From Euryarchaeota archaeon UBA256 (GTDB lineage Archaea; Thermoplasmatota; Poseidoniia; Poseidoniales; Poseidoniaceae): a DNA stretch of 64,000 nt. The DNA is taken from the NCBI GenBank assembly GCA_002494645.1, contig DACE01000041.1:4389-68388 (forward strand). The letters run 5' to 3'. Positions 54,863-61,983 of the stretch are shown one piece after another (positions within the stretch are counted from its first letter, which is position 1; the number at the start of each line of letters is the position of its first letter). The notes under the pieces were generated by a model that did no database searches, was not told the DNA's origin, and worked only from the letters and a program-made list of their open reading frames with translations. Made by a program: the position numbers and the translations under genes.

Positions 54863-55813
54863 ATGGTCGTCGTATCGGGCAGCAACGCAGGAGCAATGGC
54901 TGAGCAACTCGCAGAGTCTCTGGGCTGGACACATCATGCGCTCGAAACTCGCCGGTTTCCAGATACGGAAGGCTATGTTCGCATACCTTCCACCCTTATT
55001 GACGCGGTTCGTAATGAACCCGTGGTGCTCGTATCCAATACCTTCCCGGATTCAGGAATCGTTGAAACGCTCTTGATGCTCGAGGCCATTAACGATGTAC
55101 GGCGTGGGGAGTTACAGAATTTACGAGAAATCGGCCCTCAAACCCTACCTGACGTGGGAAAAGGTGTATTTCTTGCAGTTCCTTATTTCGGCTATTCCCG
55201 CCAGGACAAACGGTTCAAACCGGGCGAATCAATTTCTGCACGGTCGATTGCTAACCTCATGGCTGGTCAATGCGATGGCATCATCGTACTCGACATTCAT
55301 GCACCTGAAGTTCTCGGCGATCTGAAAGTTCCTATTGCATTTACTTCAGCCATGCCCGAACTTGCAGAGCATCTCAAAGTAACCGTCGACCCGGATTTCA
55401 TTCTTTCACCGGACAAAGGTGCTATTTCTCGGGCTACACAGGTTGCCAATCAAATCGATTGCGAATTTTCCTATCTTGAGAAAACAAGGATAGACGCACA
55501 CACGATTGTTCATAAAGCTAAAAACCTGGATGTTGCTGGAAAACGAGTTGCTATTGTCGACGATATGATTGCTACAGGCGGTACTATTTGCCGTGCCGCT
55601 GAAGCACTTCGAAATCAAGGAGCAGTACAGGTTCACGCAGCATGTTCTCACGGTCTGTTCACTGGGGGCGCCATCGCACGCCTTCTTCGTTATGTGGACG
55701 GCGTTCATGCTACGGGTTCCTTGGCGAATGCCAGAGATGTCATTTCGGGTGGTCCGGCGTTAGCACGAGGCGTTCATCAATTGCTGGATGAACTTGGGCT
55801 TTCGGCTCAATAA
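54863..55813 (+). CDS. prs: ribose-phosphate pyrophosphokinase
   Basis: YFGYSRQDKRF and VAIVDDMIATGGT PRPP-binding motifs. Confidence 0.9.
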   Translation: MVVVSGSNAGAMAEQLAESLGWTHHALETRRFPDTEGYVRIPSTLIDAVRNEPVVLVSNTFPDSGIVETLLMLEAINDVRRGELQNLREIGPQTLPDVGKGVFLAVPYFGYSRQDKRFKPGESISARSIANLMAGQCDGIIVLDIHAPEVLGDLKVPIAFTSAMPELAEHLKVTVDPDFILSPDKGAISRATQVANQIDCEFSYLEKTRIDAHTIVHKAKNLDVAGKRVAIVDDMIATGGTICRAAEALRNQGAVQVHAACSHGLFTGGAIARLLRYVDGVHATGSLANARDVISGGPALARGVHQLLDELGLSAQ

Positions 55814-55831
55814 ATGGCAGACTGCGCCTAA

Positions 55832-55837
55832 TTTTTT
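55832..55837 (+). terminator. T6 run 19 nt after the prs stop
   Basis: cctaATTTTTTag. An oligo-T termination signal is plausible. Confidence 0.4.
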
Positions 55838-55878
55838 AGAACACGGGAACAAATCGTGAACAAATTCCCCTCCGTTGC

Positions 55879-55888
55879 GTTTATATCC
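55879..55888 (+). promoter_or_regulatory. TATA-like GTTTATATCC upstream of rpl7ae
   Basis: About 55 nt upstream of ATG 55938. GGAAGGAG SD. Confidence 0.45.
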
Positions 55889-55937
55889 GCGTGGTTGTGC
55901 GGAGGAACGCCCGTATCACGAGGAAGGAGAGATTCCA

Positions 55938-56312
55938 ATGAGTGTACATATGACCTTTGAAACCCCAGAAGACCTAGCCAACAAAATCTACGAAATGATT
56001 GACATGAACAAAAACGGTCGTGTCAAGAAAGGTAGCAACGAAGTGACCAAAGCCGCAGAGCGCGGAACTGCACAGTTTATCATTCTTGCAGAAGACGTGA
56101 ACCCTCCAGAACTTTTGGCTCACATTCCGTTGATTTGTGAAGAAAAAGACATCCCATACGGCTATGTTCCCAGTCAGGAATTCCTCGCCAAAGGCGTCGG
56201 TATGGCCAAGGGAGCAAATGCTGCTTCCGTCGCTATCATGGAAGTCACCAAAGGTGCCCAAGAAAAATTCCATGAAGTCGTTGAAGAAATCAACGCCATC
56301 AAGAAGGCTTGA
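55938..56312 (+). CDS. rpl7ae: 50S ribosomal protein L7Ae (K-turn binding)
   Basis: [45 protein letters not shown]. Confidence 0.92.
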   Translation: MSVHMTFETPEDLANKIYEMIDMNKNGRVKKGSNEVTKAAERGTAQFIILAEDVNPPELLAHIPLICEEKDIPYGYVPSQEFLAKGVGMAKGANAASVAIMEVTKGAQEKFHEVVEEINAIKKA

Positions 56313-56335
56313 ATCCAAATCAGGAGATGAGGAAG

Positions 56336-56560
56336 ATGAGTGAAGAACTTGGTGGATGGCCAGCAGAAGTGGTCGAAATCGTCGGTCGTACAGGAATGAC
56401 CGGTGAAGCAACTCAAGTCAAGGTTCGTGTCAACGATGCCCCAAATCCCCGTGACGTCGGCCGTATCATTAGCCGCAACGTCGTCGGACCGATTCGTGTT
56501 GGCGATATCTTGATGCTCAAGGACACGGGTCGAGAAGCCCGCAAGCTGAACGCACGGTGA
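56336..56560 (+). CDS. rps28e: 30S ribosomal protein S28e
   Basis: [24 protein letters not shown]...[21 protein letters not shown]. Confidence 0.92.
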   Translation: MSEELGGWPAEVVEIVGRTGMTGEATQVKVRVNDAPNPRDVGRIISRNVVGPIRVGDILMLKDTGREARKLNAR

Positions 56561-56564
56561 TCAC

Positions 56565-56756
56565 ATGCCAGAACGAAGAATTTGCAGTTTTACCGGCGAT
56601 GAAATCGAACCCGGTACCGGTATGATGTTTGTCCGTCGAGACGGCAGTGTCCTCTGGTTCAAGAGCAGCAAGGCTCGCAAGAACCAACTCCAACTCAAGC
56701 GCAATGCTCGCCGTGTCAAGTGGACTCGCCACTATGTCAAGGGCGGCATTCAGTGA
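56565..56756 (+). CDS. rpl24e: 50S ribosomal protein L24e
   Basis: RICSFTGDEIEPGTGMMFVRRDGSVLWFKSSKA. Confidence 0.92.
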   Translation: MPERRICSFTGDEIEPGTGMMFVRRDGSVLWFKSSKARKNQLQLKRNARRVKWTRHYVKGGIQ

Positions 56757-56832
56757 AATTGCGTCGAACCTGAGGAAGGGTCAATCGCAACGCCCTTAAA
56801 CGGGTCACTTTTGGATTGGATTGGTGAACACC

Positions 56833-57279
56833 ATGGAAACGACCTATGTTATGATCAAACCCGACGGCGTACAACGCGGTCTTGTCAGCGAAATTATTGG
56901 ACGATTTGAGCGAAAAGGCCTCAAATTGGTTGGCATGAAGGCCATGGTGCCGAGTGAAGAAATTGCCCGTGCGCACTATGACGTTCACAAGGAACGCCCC
57001 TTCTTCCCCGGTCTGATCAAATTTGTAACCTCCGGCCCAGTTGTCTGCATGGCATGGCAGGGCACTGAAGCGATTGCCGTTGCCCGCAAACTCATCGGTG
57101 CAACCAATGGACGAAATGCTGAACCTGGAACGATTCGAGGCGACTATGGCATGGACATGGGCTTCAATATGATTCACGGCTCTGATGCACCTGAAACTGC
57201 AGAATTTGAACTTGGCCTCTGGTTCCCAGAGGGCCTCATGGATTGGGACAATACCATGGGCACCTGGGTTTACGAGTGA
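56833..57279 (+). CDS. ndk: nucleoside diphosphate kinase
   Basis: [14 protein letters not shown] and the NMIHGSD active-site His motif. Confidence 0.92.
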   Translation: METTYVMIKPDGVQRGLVSEIIGRFERKGLKLVGMKAMVPSEEIARAHYDVHKERPFFPGLIKFVTSGPVVCMAWQGTEAIAVARKLIGATNGRNAEPGTIRGDYGMDMGFNMIHGSDAPETAEFELGLWFPEGLMDWDNTMGTWVYE

Positions 57280-57305
57280 ACTCATAAGGCTCAGGGCGTG
57301 ATGGT

Positions 57306-59240
57306 GTGGCCGACGTTGATGATGCAAATGCATCTGAGGGCGGAGAGGCAGACCAACCCAAAGGTCACAACCGTCAACCGATTGTTTCCGTGCTCGGTCA
57401 CGTCGATCATGGAAAAACCAGCGTTCTTGACATGGTTCGTTCCGTTGGTAGCGAACGTCAAGCGAGCGTGATGGACCGAGAAGCCGGAGGGATTACCCAG
57501 CACATTGGCGCCACGGAGGTCCCCGCAGACGTTCTCAATGAAACATGCGCCGCTATGATGGGTGGTAAGAAATTCAAATCTCCCGGGCTGCTCTTTATCG
57601 ACACACCGGGGCACCATTCCTTTGCATCACTTCGTAACCGAGGCGGTTCTGTCGCTGACATCGCCGTTCTCGTCGTCGACATTATGGAAGGCCTTCAGCC
57701 CCAAACCATTGAGTCACTCAACATCCTGAAAGAAACGAAAACTCCCTTTGTCATTGCTGGAAATAAAGTGGACCGACTGTACGGCTGGCGCTGTGAGGCA
57801 GGAAGGTCTTTCATCGAATCCTTCGGTGAGCAGCGGGAAGACGTTCAGGCTTTATTCCAAGAACGATACTGGAAACTCGTTGGCCAATTCTCAGAATATG
57901 GATTTAACCTTGAACGGTACGACCAAATCAGAGATTTTCGTCAAAATGTCGCATTGGTCCCCATGTCTGCTAAGGATGGAGAGGGGCTGCAAGACCTGCT
58001 CGCCGTAACCGTTGGTCTGGCTGAACGCTTCCTTGAAGACCGCCTCACCGATACCTTGGGAGCTGCTCAGGGCACCGTGCTCGAAATGCGAGATGAAGTC
58101 GGTATGGGCAAAACCATTGATGTCATTCTCTATCGAGGGAGTTTGAAGATTGGCGATACGATTCTACTCGCAGGTCAAGACGGACCTTTCACCACACACA
58201 TCAAGGGTTTGAAACGCCCACAAGGGATGGCAGAAATGCGAGATGCAGGTAAACGCTGGGTGAATTTTGACGAAATTGAGGCTGCCTGCGGCGTAAAAAT
58301 CGTCGCCCCCAATCTTGAATCGACCATCGCCGGAACCACCCTCCATCTCGCCAATACCGCAGAGGAAGAGGCTACGGCGAGAGAATCGTTGCGCGAAGAA
58401 TGGCGCAGTATCTTTGAAAACATGCCCATCATGTGTTCTTCGTGTAAGGACATCTTTGCCCGTCACGCCTTCAAAACACATACGCAGACCGGTGATTGTC
58501 AAGGCGCCGAGGAAGACCGAACCGGCGTGGTCATCAAAGCCGATACTGTTGGAGGTTTGGAAGCGCTAGCATTTGAATTACATCAGCGTAACATCCCAGT
58601 GCGCCAAGCGACGGTTGGCCCGGTGAATAAAAAAGATATTTTGATGGCGAAATCGGCTGCTGACCCTCTTCAACAGGTGATTCTTGGTTTTTCGACCAAG
58701 GCGAATACCTCTGACGTTGCCCAGCAACTCCAAGGCGATGACGCTGAAATTAAATTCATTTCAGGTCCGATTATCTATCATATCATGGATGCCTTTGAGG
58801 AGTGGCAAGAAGCAACACAACAGGCAATTGAGGAAGAACAAAGGGAAACGCTGGTCTATCCTGGACGAGTGCTTTTCCTCAAAGACCACACCTTCCGAGC
58901 AAAAGGTCCTGCCATTGTCGGAATGCGTGTCCTCGGGGGGCGCATTCATGTGGGACAGCGTCTCATGAAGTTGGACGGTTCATCTGTTGGTCAAATTAAG
59001 AGTCTGCGAACCAGGGACTCCGAAGACGTCAAAGAAGCGATGCAGGGCGATGAGGTAGCCGTCGCAGTCCAAGGGCCCACGGTAGGGCGGCACATTGAGG
59101 AGCTGGACGAATTTTATGTAGATGTTCCCGAACGACATGCAAAACGCTTGAAGAAGATTGATCTTTCACCCTTGGAAGAGGAAATTCTCGCAGAAATCGT
59201 GGCTTTGCACCGCAAAGAGAATCATTTTTGGGGCCGTTAG
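57306..59240 (+). CDS. infB: translation initiation factor aIF5B (IF-2)
   Basis: GHVDHGKTS, DTPGH and NKVD. Conserved position after ndk. GTG start. Carries a Cys/His-containing insert of about 30 aa before domain III. Confidence 0.92.
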   Translation: MADVDDANASEGGEADQPKGHNRQPIVSVLGHVDHGKTSVLDMVRSVGSERQASVMDREAGGITQHIGATEVPADVLNETCAAMMGGKKFKSPGLLFIDTPGHHSFASLRNRGGSVADIAVLVVDIMEGLQPQTIESLNILKETKTPFVIAGNKVDRLYGWRCEAGRSFIESFGEQREDVQALFQERYWKLVGQFSEYGFNLERYDQIRDFRQNVALVPMSAKDGEGLQDLLAVTVGLAERFLEDRLTDTLGAAQGTVLEMRDEVGMGKTIDVILYRGSLKIGDTILLAGQDGPFTTHIKGLKRPQGMAEMRDAGKRWVNFDEIEAACGVKIVAPNLESTIAGTTLHLANTAEEEATARESLREEWRSIFENMPIMCSSCKDIFARHAFKTHTQTGDCQGAEEDRTGVVIKADTVGGLEALAFELHQRNIPVRQATVGPVNKKDILMAKSAADPLQQVILGFSTKANTSDVAQQLQGDDAEIKFISGPIIYHIMDAFEEWQEATQQAIEEEQRETLVYPGRVLFLKDHTFRAKGPAIVGMRVLGGRIHVGQRLMKLDGSSVGQIKSLRTRDSEDVKEAMQGDEVAVAVQGPTVGRHIEELDEFYVDVPERHAKRLKKIDLSPLEEEILAEIVALHRKENHFWGR

Positions 59241-59294
59241 ACAGCATTGACGAATATCAATGTGATGAGCATGAATGAAGAATCAAGCGCACAC

Positions 59295-59305
59295 ATTCAT
59301 ATAAG
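59295..59305 (+). promoter_or_regulatory. TATA-like ATTCATATAAG upstream of the MoxR gene
   Basis: About 37 nt upstream of ATG 59337. Confidence 0.45.
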
Positions 59306-59336
59306 AAATGAAAAGGTCATAGGTCATTGCTGAGGG

Positions 59337-60344
59337 ATGAAGATGGAAGCAAGTGCACAAGCAGGCGCCGGAGCAGCACGGACCCAAGACCTAATGGCGA
59401 CCGTCTCGGCGATTTCAAACAGTTTGATGAATGAAGTCAGTAAAGTCATTATCGGAAAGAACGAAAATTTACGCCGTGTCACCGTAGGTATCCTCTCCAA
59501 CGGCAACATGCTGTTGGAAGATTTCCCTGGATTGGCCAAAACATTGCTCGCTAACACCTTTGCTCGCGCTCTTGGATGTAAATTTAAGCGTGTTCAATTC
59601 ACTCCTGACCTGCTGCCTTCAGATATCATGGGGACTTACATGTACGACCAAAAGTCCGGGGAATTCAAACTTCGTGCTGGACCATTATTTGCTAATATTC
59701 TCCTTGCTGACGAAATCAACCGTGCACCACCAAAGACCCAAGCGGCCTTGTTGGAAGCCATGGAAGAGAAGCAGGTGACCATCGAAGGTATTACTCACAA
59801 ATTACCGGCTCCTTTCGTTGTCCTCGCAACTCAAAACCCCATTGAACAAGAGGGGACCTATCCGCTTCCTGAAGCACAAATGGACCGTTTCTTGATGAAG
59901 ATGAGCATGGGCTATCCTGACCGTGCTGAAGAAAAAGCCATTCTAGCCCGCCGAAAGCTGCGAGGTCAAGACGAACACATCGTTGAACAAGTGACATCGC
60001 CAAAGAAAGTTGTCGCCATGCAAAAAGCATTGGAAACAGTTCACGTCGACCCTGCCATCCTTTCCTACATCATTGAGATCGTTCAACGAACCCGTGAAGA
60101 CCACCGTGTCATCAACGGCGCATCGCCCCGTGCTAGTCAAGCTCTCTTCAAGACCGGTCGGGCTGCTGCTGCAGTAGCAGGACGCAACTACGTCATCCCT
60201 GATGACATCAAGGGTATCGCTCTGCAAATCATCTCTCACAGAATCAACATGAAGCCCGAAGCCAAGATTCGTGGAATTACCGGAATGCACATCGTTCGGA
60301 AGATTTTGTCCGAAGTGCCAGTTCCAGTGATTCAACCAGCCTGA
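59337..60344 (+). CDS. MoxR-family AAA+ ATPase
   Basis: LLEDFPGLAKT Walker A-like, LLADEINRAPPKTQAALLEAMEE Walker B/sensor, ATQNPIEQEGTYPLPEAQMDRF. Confidence 0.88.
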   Translation: MKMEASAQAGAGAARTQDLMATVSAISNSLMNEVSKVIIGKNENLRRVTVGILSNGNMLLEDFPGLAKTLLANTFARALGCKFKRVQFTPDLLPSDIMGTYMYDQKSGEFKLRAGPLFANILLADEINRAPPKTQAALLEAMEEKQVTIEGITHKLPAPFVVLATQNPIEQEGTYPLPEAQMDRFLMKMSMGYPDRAEEKAILARRKLRGQDEHIVEQVTSPKKVVAMQKALETVHVDPAILSYIIEIVQRTREDHRVINGASPRASQALFKTGRAAAAVAGRNYVIPDDIKGIALQIISHRINMKPEAKIRGITGMHIVRKILSEVPVPVIQPA

Positions 60345-60374
60345 TATCTCAGCGTTCAAGGCTTGCATTGAAAG

Positions 60375-60407
60375 AGGAGGTCGCACCTCCTAGTAATTGC
60401 CGGAGGT
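60375..60407 (+). promoter_or_regulatory. hairpin AGGAGGT-CGC-ACCTCCT followed by the parA SD GGAGGT (possible SD/anti-SD switch or moxR terminator)
   Basis: Perfect 7-bp stem at 60375-60391. A second GGAGGT at 60402-60407 lies 7 nt before ATG 60415. Confidence 0.4.
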
Positions 60408-60414
60408 CCTTGCA

Positions 60415-61374
60415 ATGAATCCCTACAAGATGGTCATGGCAGTAGCCAACCAGAAAGGTGGATGTGCAAAGACAACGACCGCCGTCAACATAGCGGCTGC
60501 CCTCGCCAAAGGTTCCCGTCGCCAGGGGCTCCCTCCCGCCAAAGTACTCCTCGTTGACCTTGACCCCCAAGGGAATTGTGCCACATCCTTTGGCTTAGAG
60601 AAAAAGAAGATCAAAAAGACCGTCTATGACTTATTGACCAACGATTCGGGAGAAGAATTGCCACTCATGGAGGAGTACCTCATTCCTCCCGAAGACATCA
60701 CACGTGCCATGCGAGATGCATGGAGCAATCGTAACGGCGGAAAGAAAGTACCCGAATCCATCAATGCGGGGCATCTTTGGCTCCTTCCCAGCGACATTCA
60801 TCTCTCGGGCGCAGAGATCGAACTGAGCCATAAAATCGGTCGTGAAACACGCCTCCAAGAAGCCCTTCTTCCAGTCATGGATGAATTCGATTACATCATC
60901 ATCGATACACCTCCTTCCTTGGGCCTTCTGTCCATCAACGCCATGTGTGCTGCCAATTGGGTATTGGTGCCTGTTCAAGCGGAATACTACGCTCTTGAGG
61001 GATTCAGCATGCTCATGAATTCCATCAAGATGATTCAGCGTCGCATCAATCGAAATTTGAAGATTTTTGGCATTGTCATGACCATGGTCGACGGGCGCTC
61101 AAAATTGAGCACCTATGTTTGTGACCAAGTCAATAAGAAGATGCCAAATAAATTGTTCAATACCACCGTTCGACGATTGGCAAAGGTCGCTGAAGCTCCG
61201 TGGAGCGGTGCGCCAACCGTCATTCTCAACAAACCTACTAATTCAGGTGCAGGTGCAGGGAGTTTAGAATATTGGACGCTTTCAAAAGAAGTTCATCAAC
61301 GCGTTCAAGAGATGCGCCGAGAATTTGGTGTGACTGAAGCGTCACGTTTGCGTCTTGAGCGTAACATCCGCTAA
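60415..61374 (+). CDS. parA: ParA/Soj-family partition ATPase (SegA-like)
   Basis: Deviant Walker A NQKGGCAKTT. LVDLDPQGN, IIIDTPPSLG and the Soj-like remainder. An insert of about 60 aa after the switch region. Confidence 0.85.
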   Translation: MNPYKMVMAVANQKGGCAKTTTAVNIAAALAKGSRRQGLPPAKVLLVDLDPQGNCATSFGLEKKKIKKTVYDLLTNDSGEELPLMEEYLIPPEDITRAMRDAWSNRNGGKKVPESINAGHLWLLPSDIHLSGAEIELSHKIGRETRLQEALLPVMDEFDYIIIDTPPSLGLLSINAMCAANWVLVPVQAEYYALEGFSMLMNSIKMIQRRINRNLKIFGIVMTMVDGRSKLSTYVCDQVNKKMPNKLFNTTVRRLAKVAEAPWSGAPTVILNKPTNSGAGAGSLEYWTLSKEVHQRVQEMRREFGVTEASRLRLERNIR

Positions 61375-61451
61375 GGACTTGCGAAGGCCGACCATCGCCT
61401 GTAAAAAGCCCGTCTCCGTCCATCTTGGCTTCGCACCCATTAAGTAGGCAA

Positions 61452-61473
61452 GCAAACCGAGGGCAAACCGGGT
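61452..61473 (+). repeat. tandem 11-bp direct repeat GCAAACCGAGG / GCAAACCGGGT just upstream of the RHH gene
   Basis: Two adjacent copies end 8 nt before ATG 61481. Confidence 0.7.
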
Positions 61474-61480
61474 AGATGGC

Positions 61481-61723
61481 ATGACCGGCGAAGGAATGAC
61501 CTCCGTAAGTGTGAGTTATGAGATTCGTAGGCAACTCAATACGTTGAGGACTACGGGGAATCACAAAAGTGTGAATGACATGCTTGCCGAAATGATTCGA
61601 ACCCATAAGATGCTCAAAATGAAAGGTGAAATTGATTTGCTCCGAGAGCGAATGAAGATCGCTGTAGACGTCGATGTAGAGCATCTTGCTGAACGCCTCA
61701 ACCTTGCTCCTTTCCAGGTGTGA
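61481..61723 (+). CDS. small ribbon-helix-helix (CopG/Arc/MetJ-like) DNA-binding protein
   Basis: N-terminal beta-strand/helix pattern TSVSVSYEIRRQLNTLRTTGNHKSVNDMLAEMIRTH, then a helical tail of about 35 aa. Fold inferred by eye. Confidence 0.5.
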   Translation: MTGEGMTSVSVSYEIRRQLNTLRTTGNHKSVNDMLAEMIRTHKMLKMKGEIDLLRERMKIAVDVDVEHLAERLNLAPFQV

Positions 61724-61983
61724 ACGTCATGATGGAATGGCGACCACCAGGCTATCGCTTCACGGCGAAAGATTTGGTCAAAGGCCTGTGCGGAGAAGAT
61801 TCAGATGAATCCAAACTCATCATGGCAGCCGTTTACGGTAAGGTTGAGATCTTTGCAGACTCAACAGCTTGGAACGGCTTTCTCTGGCTGGTTATGAACA
61901 CTTTCAAGGTTGAAGGAAAGCCACTTTATTCTGGAACAGAATTGGGGGCACTCAAACAGAGTCTTCCAATTGTTTGGCTCTAA
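61720..61983 (+). CDS. 87-aa hypothetical protein translationally coupled to the RHH gene
   Basis: GTG 61720 overlaps the RHH stop (GTGA). ATGs at 61729 and 61732. No recognisable motif. Confidence 0.35.
   Translation: MNVMMEWRPPGYRFTAKDLVKGLCGEDSDESKLIMAAVYGKVEIFADSTAWNGFLWLVMNTFKVEGKPLYSGTELGALKQSLPIVWL

Noticed and set aside
55889-55937. K-turn autoregulatory element in the rpl7ae 5' leader
   Set aside because: I looked for tandem sheared G-A pairs next to a 3-nt bulge (C/D-box-like RUGAUGA...CUGA). I found no convincing match in the leader by eye.
56737-57333. 198-aa ORF antisense to ndk, and 55974..56411 antisense to rpl7ae
   Set aside because: Both are shadow ORFs opposite strongly recognisable genes in a conserved archaeal gene block.
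61238-61684. 148-aa minus-strand ORF spanning the parA 3' end and the RHH gene
   Set aside because: It overlaps the well-supported parA and has odd His/Leu-rich composition. The plus-strand 80-aa ORF has a recognisable RHH pattern and operon logic. This rejection is still only moderately certain.
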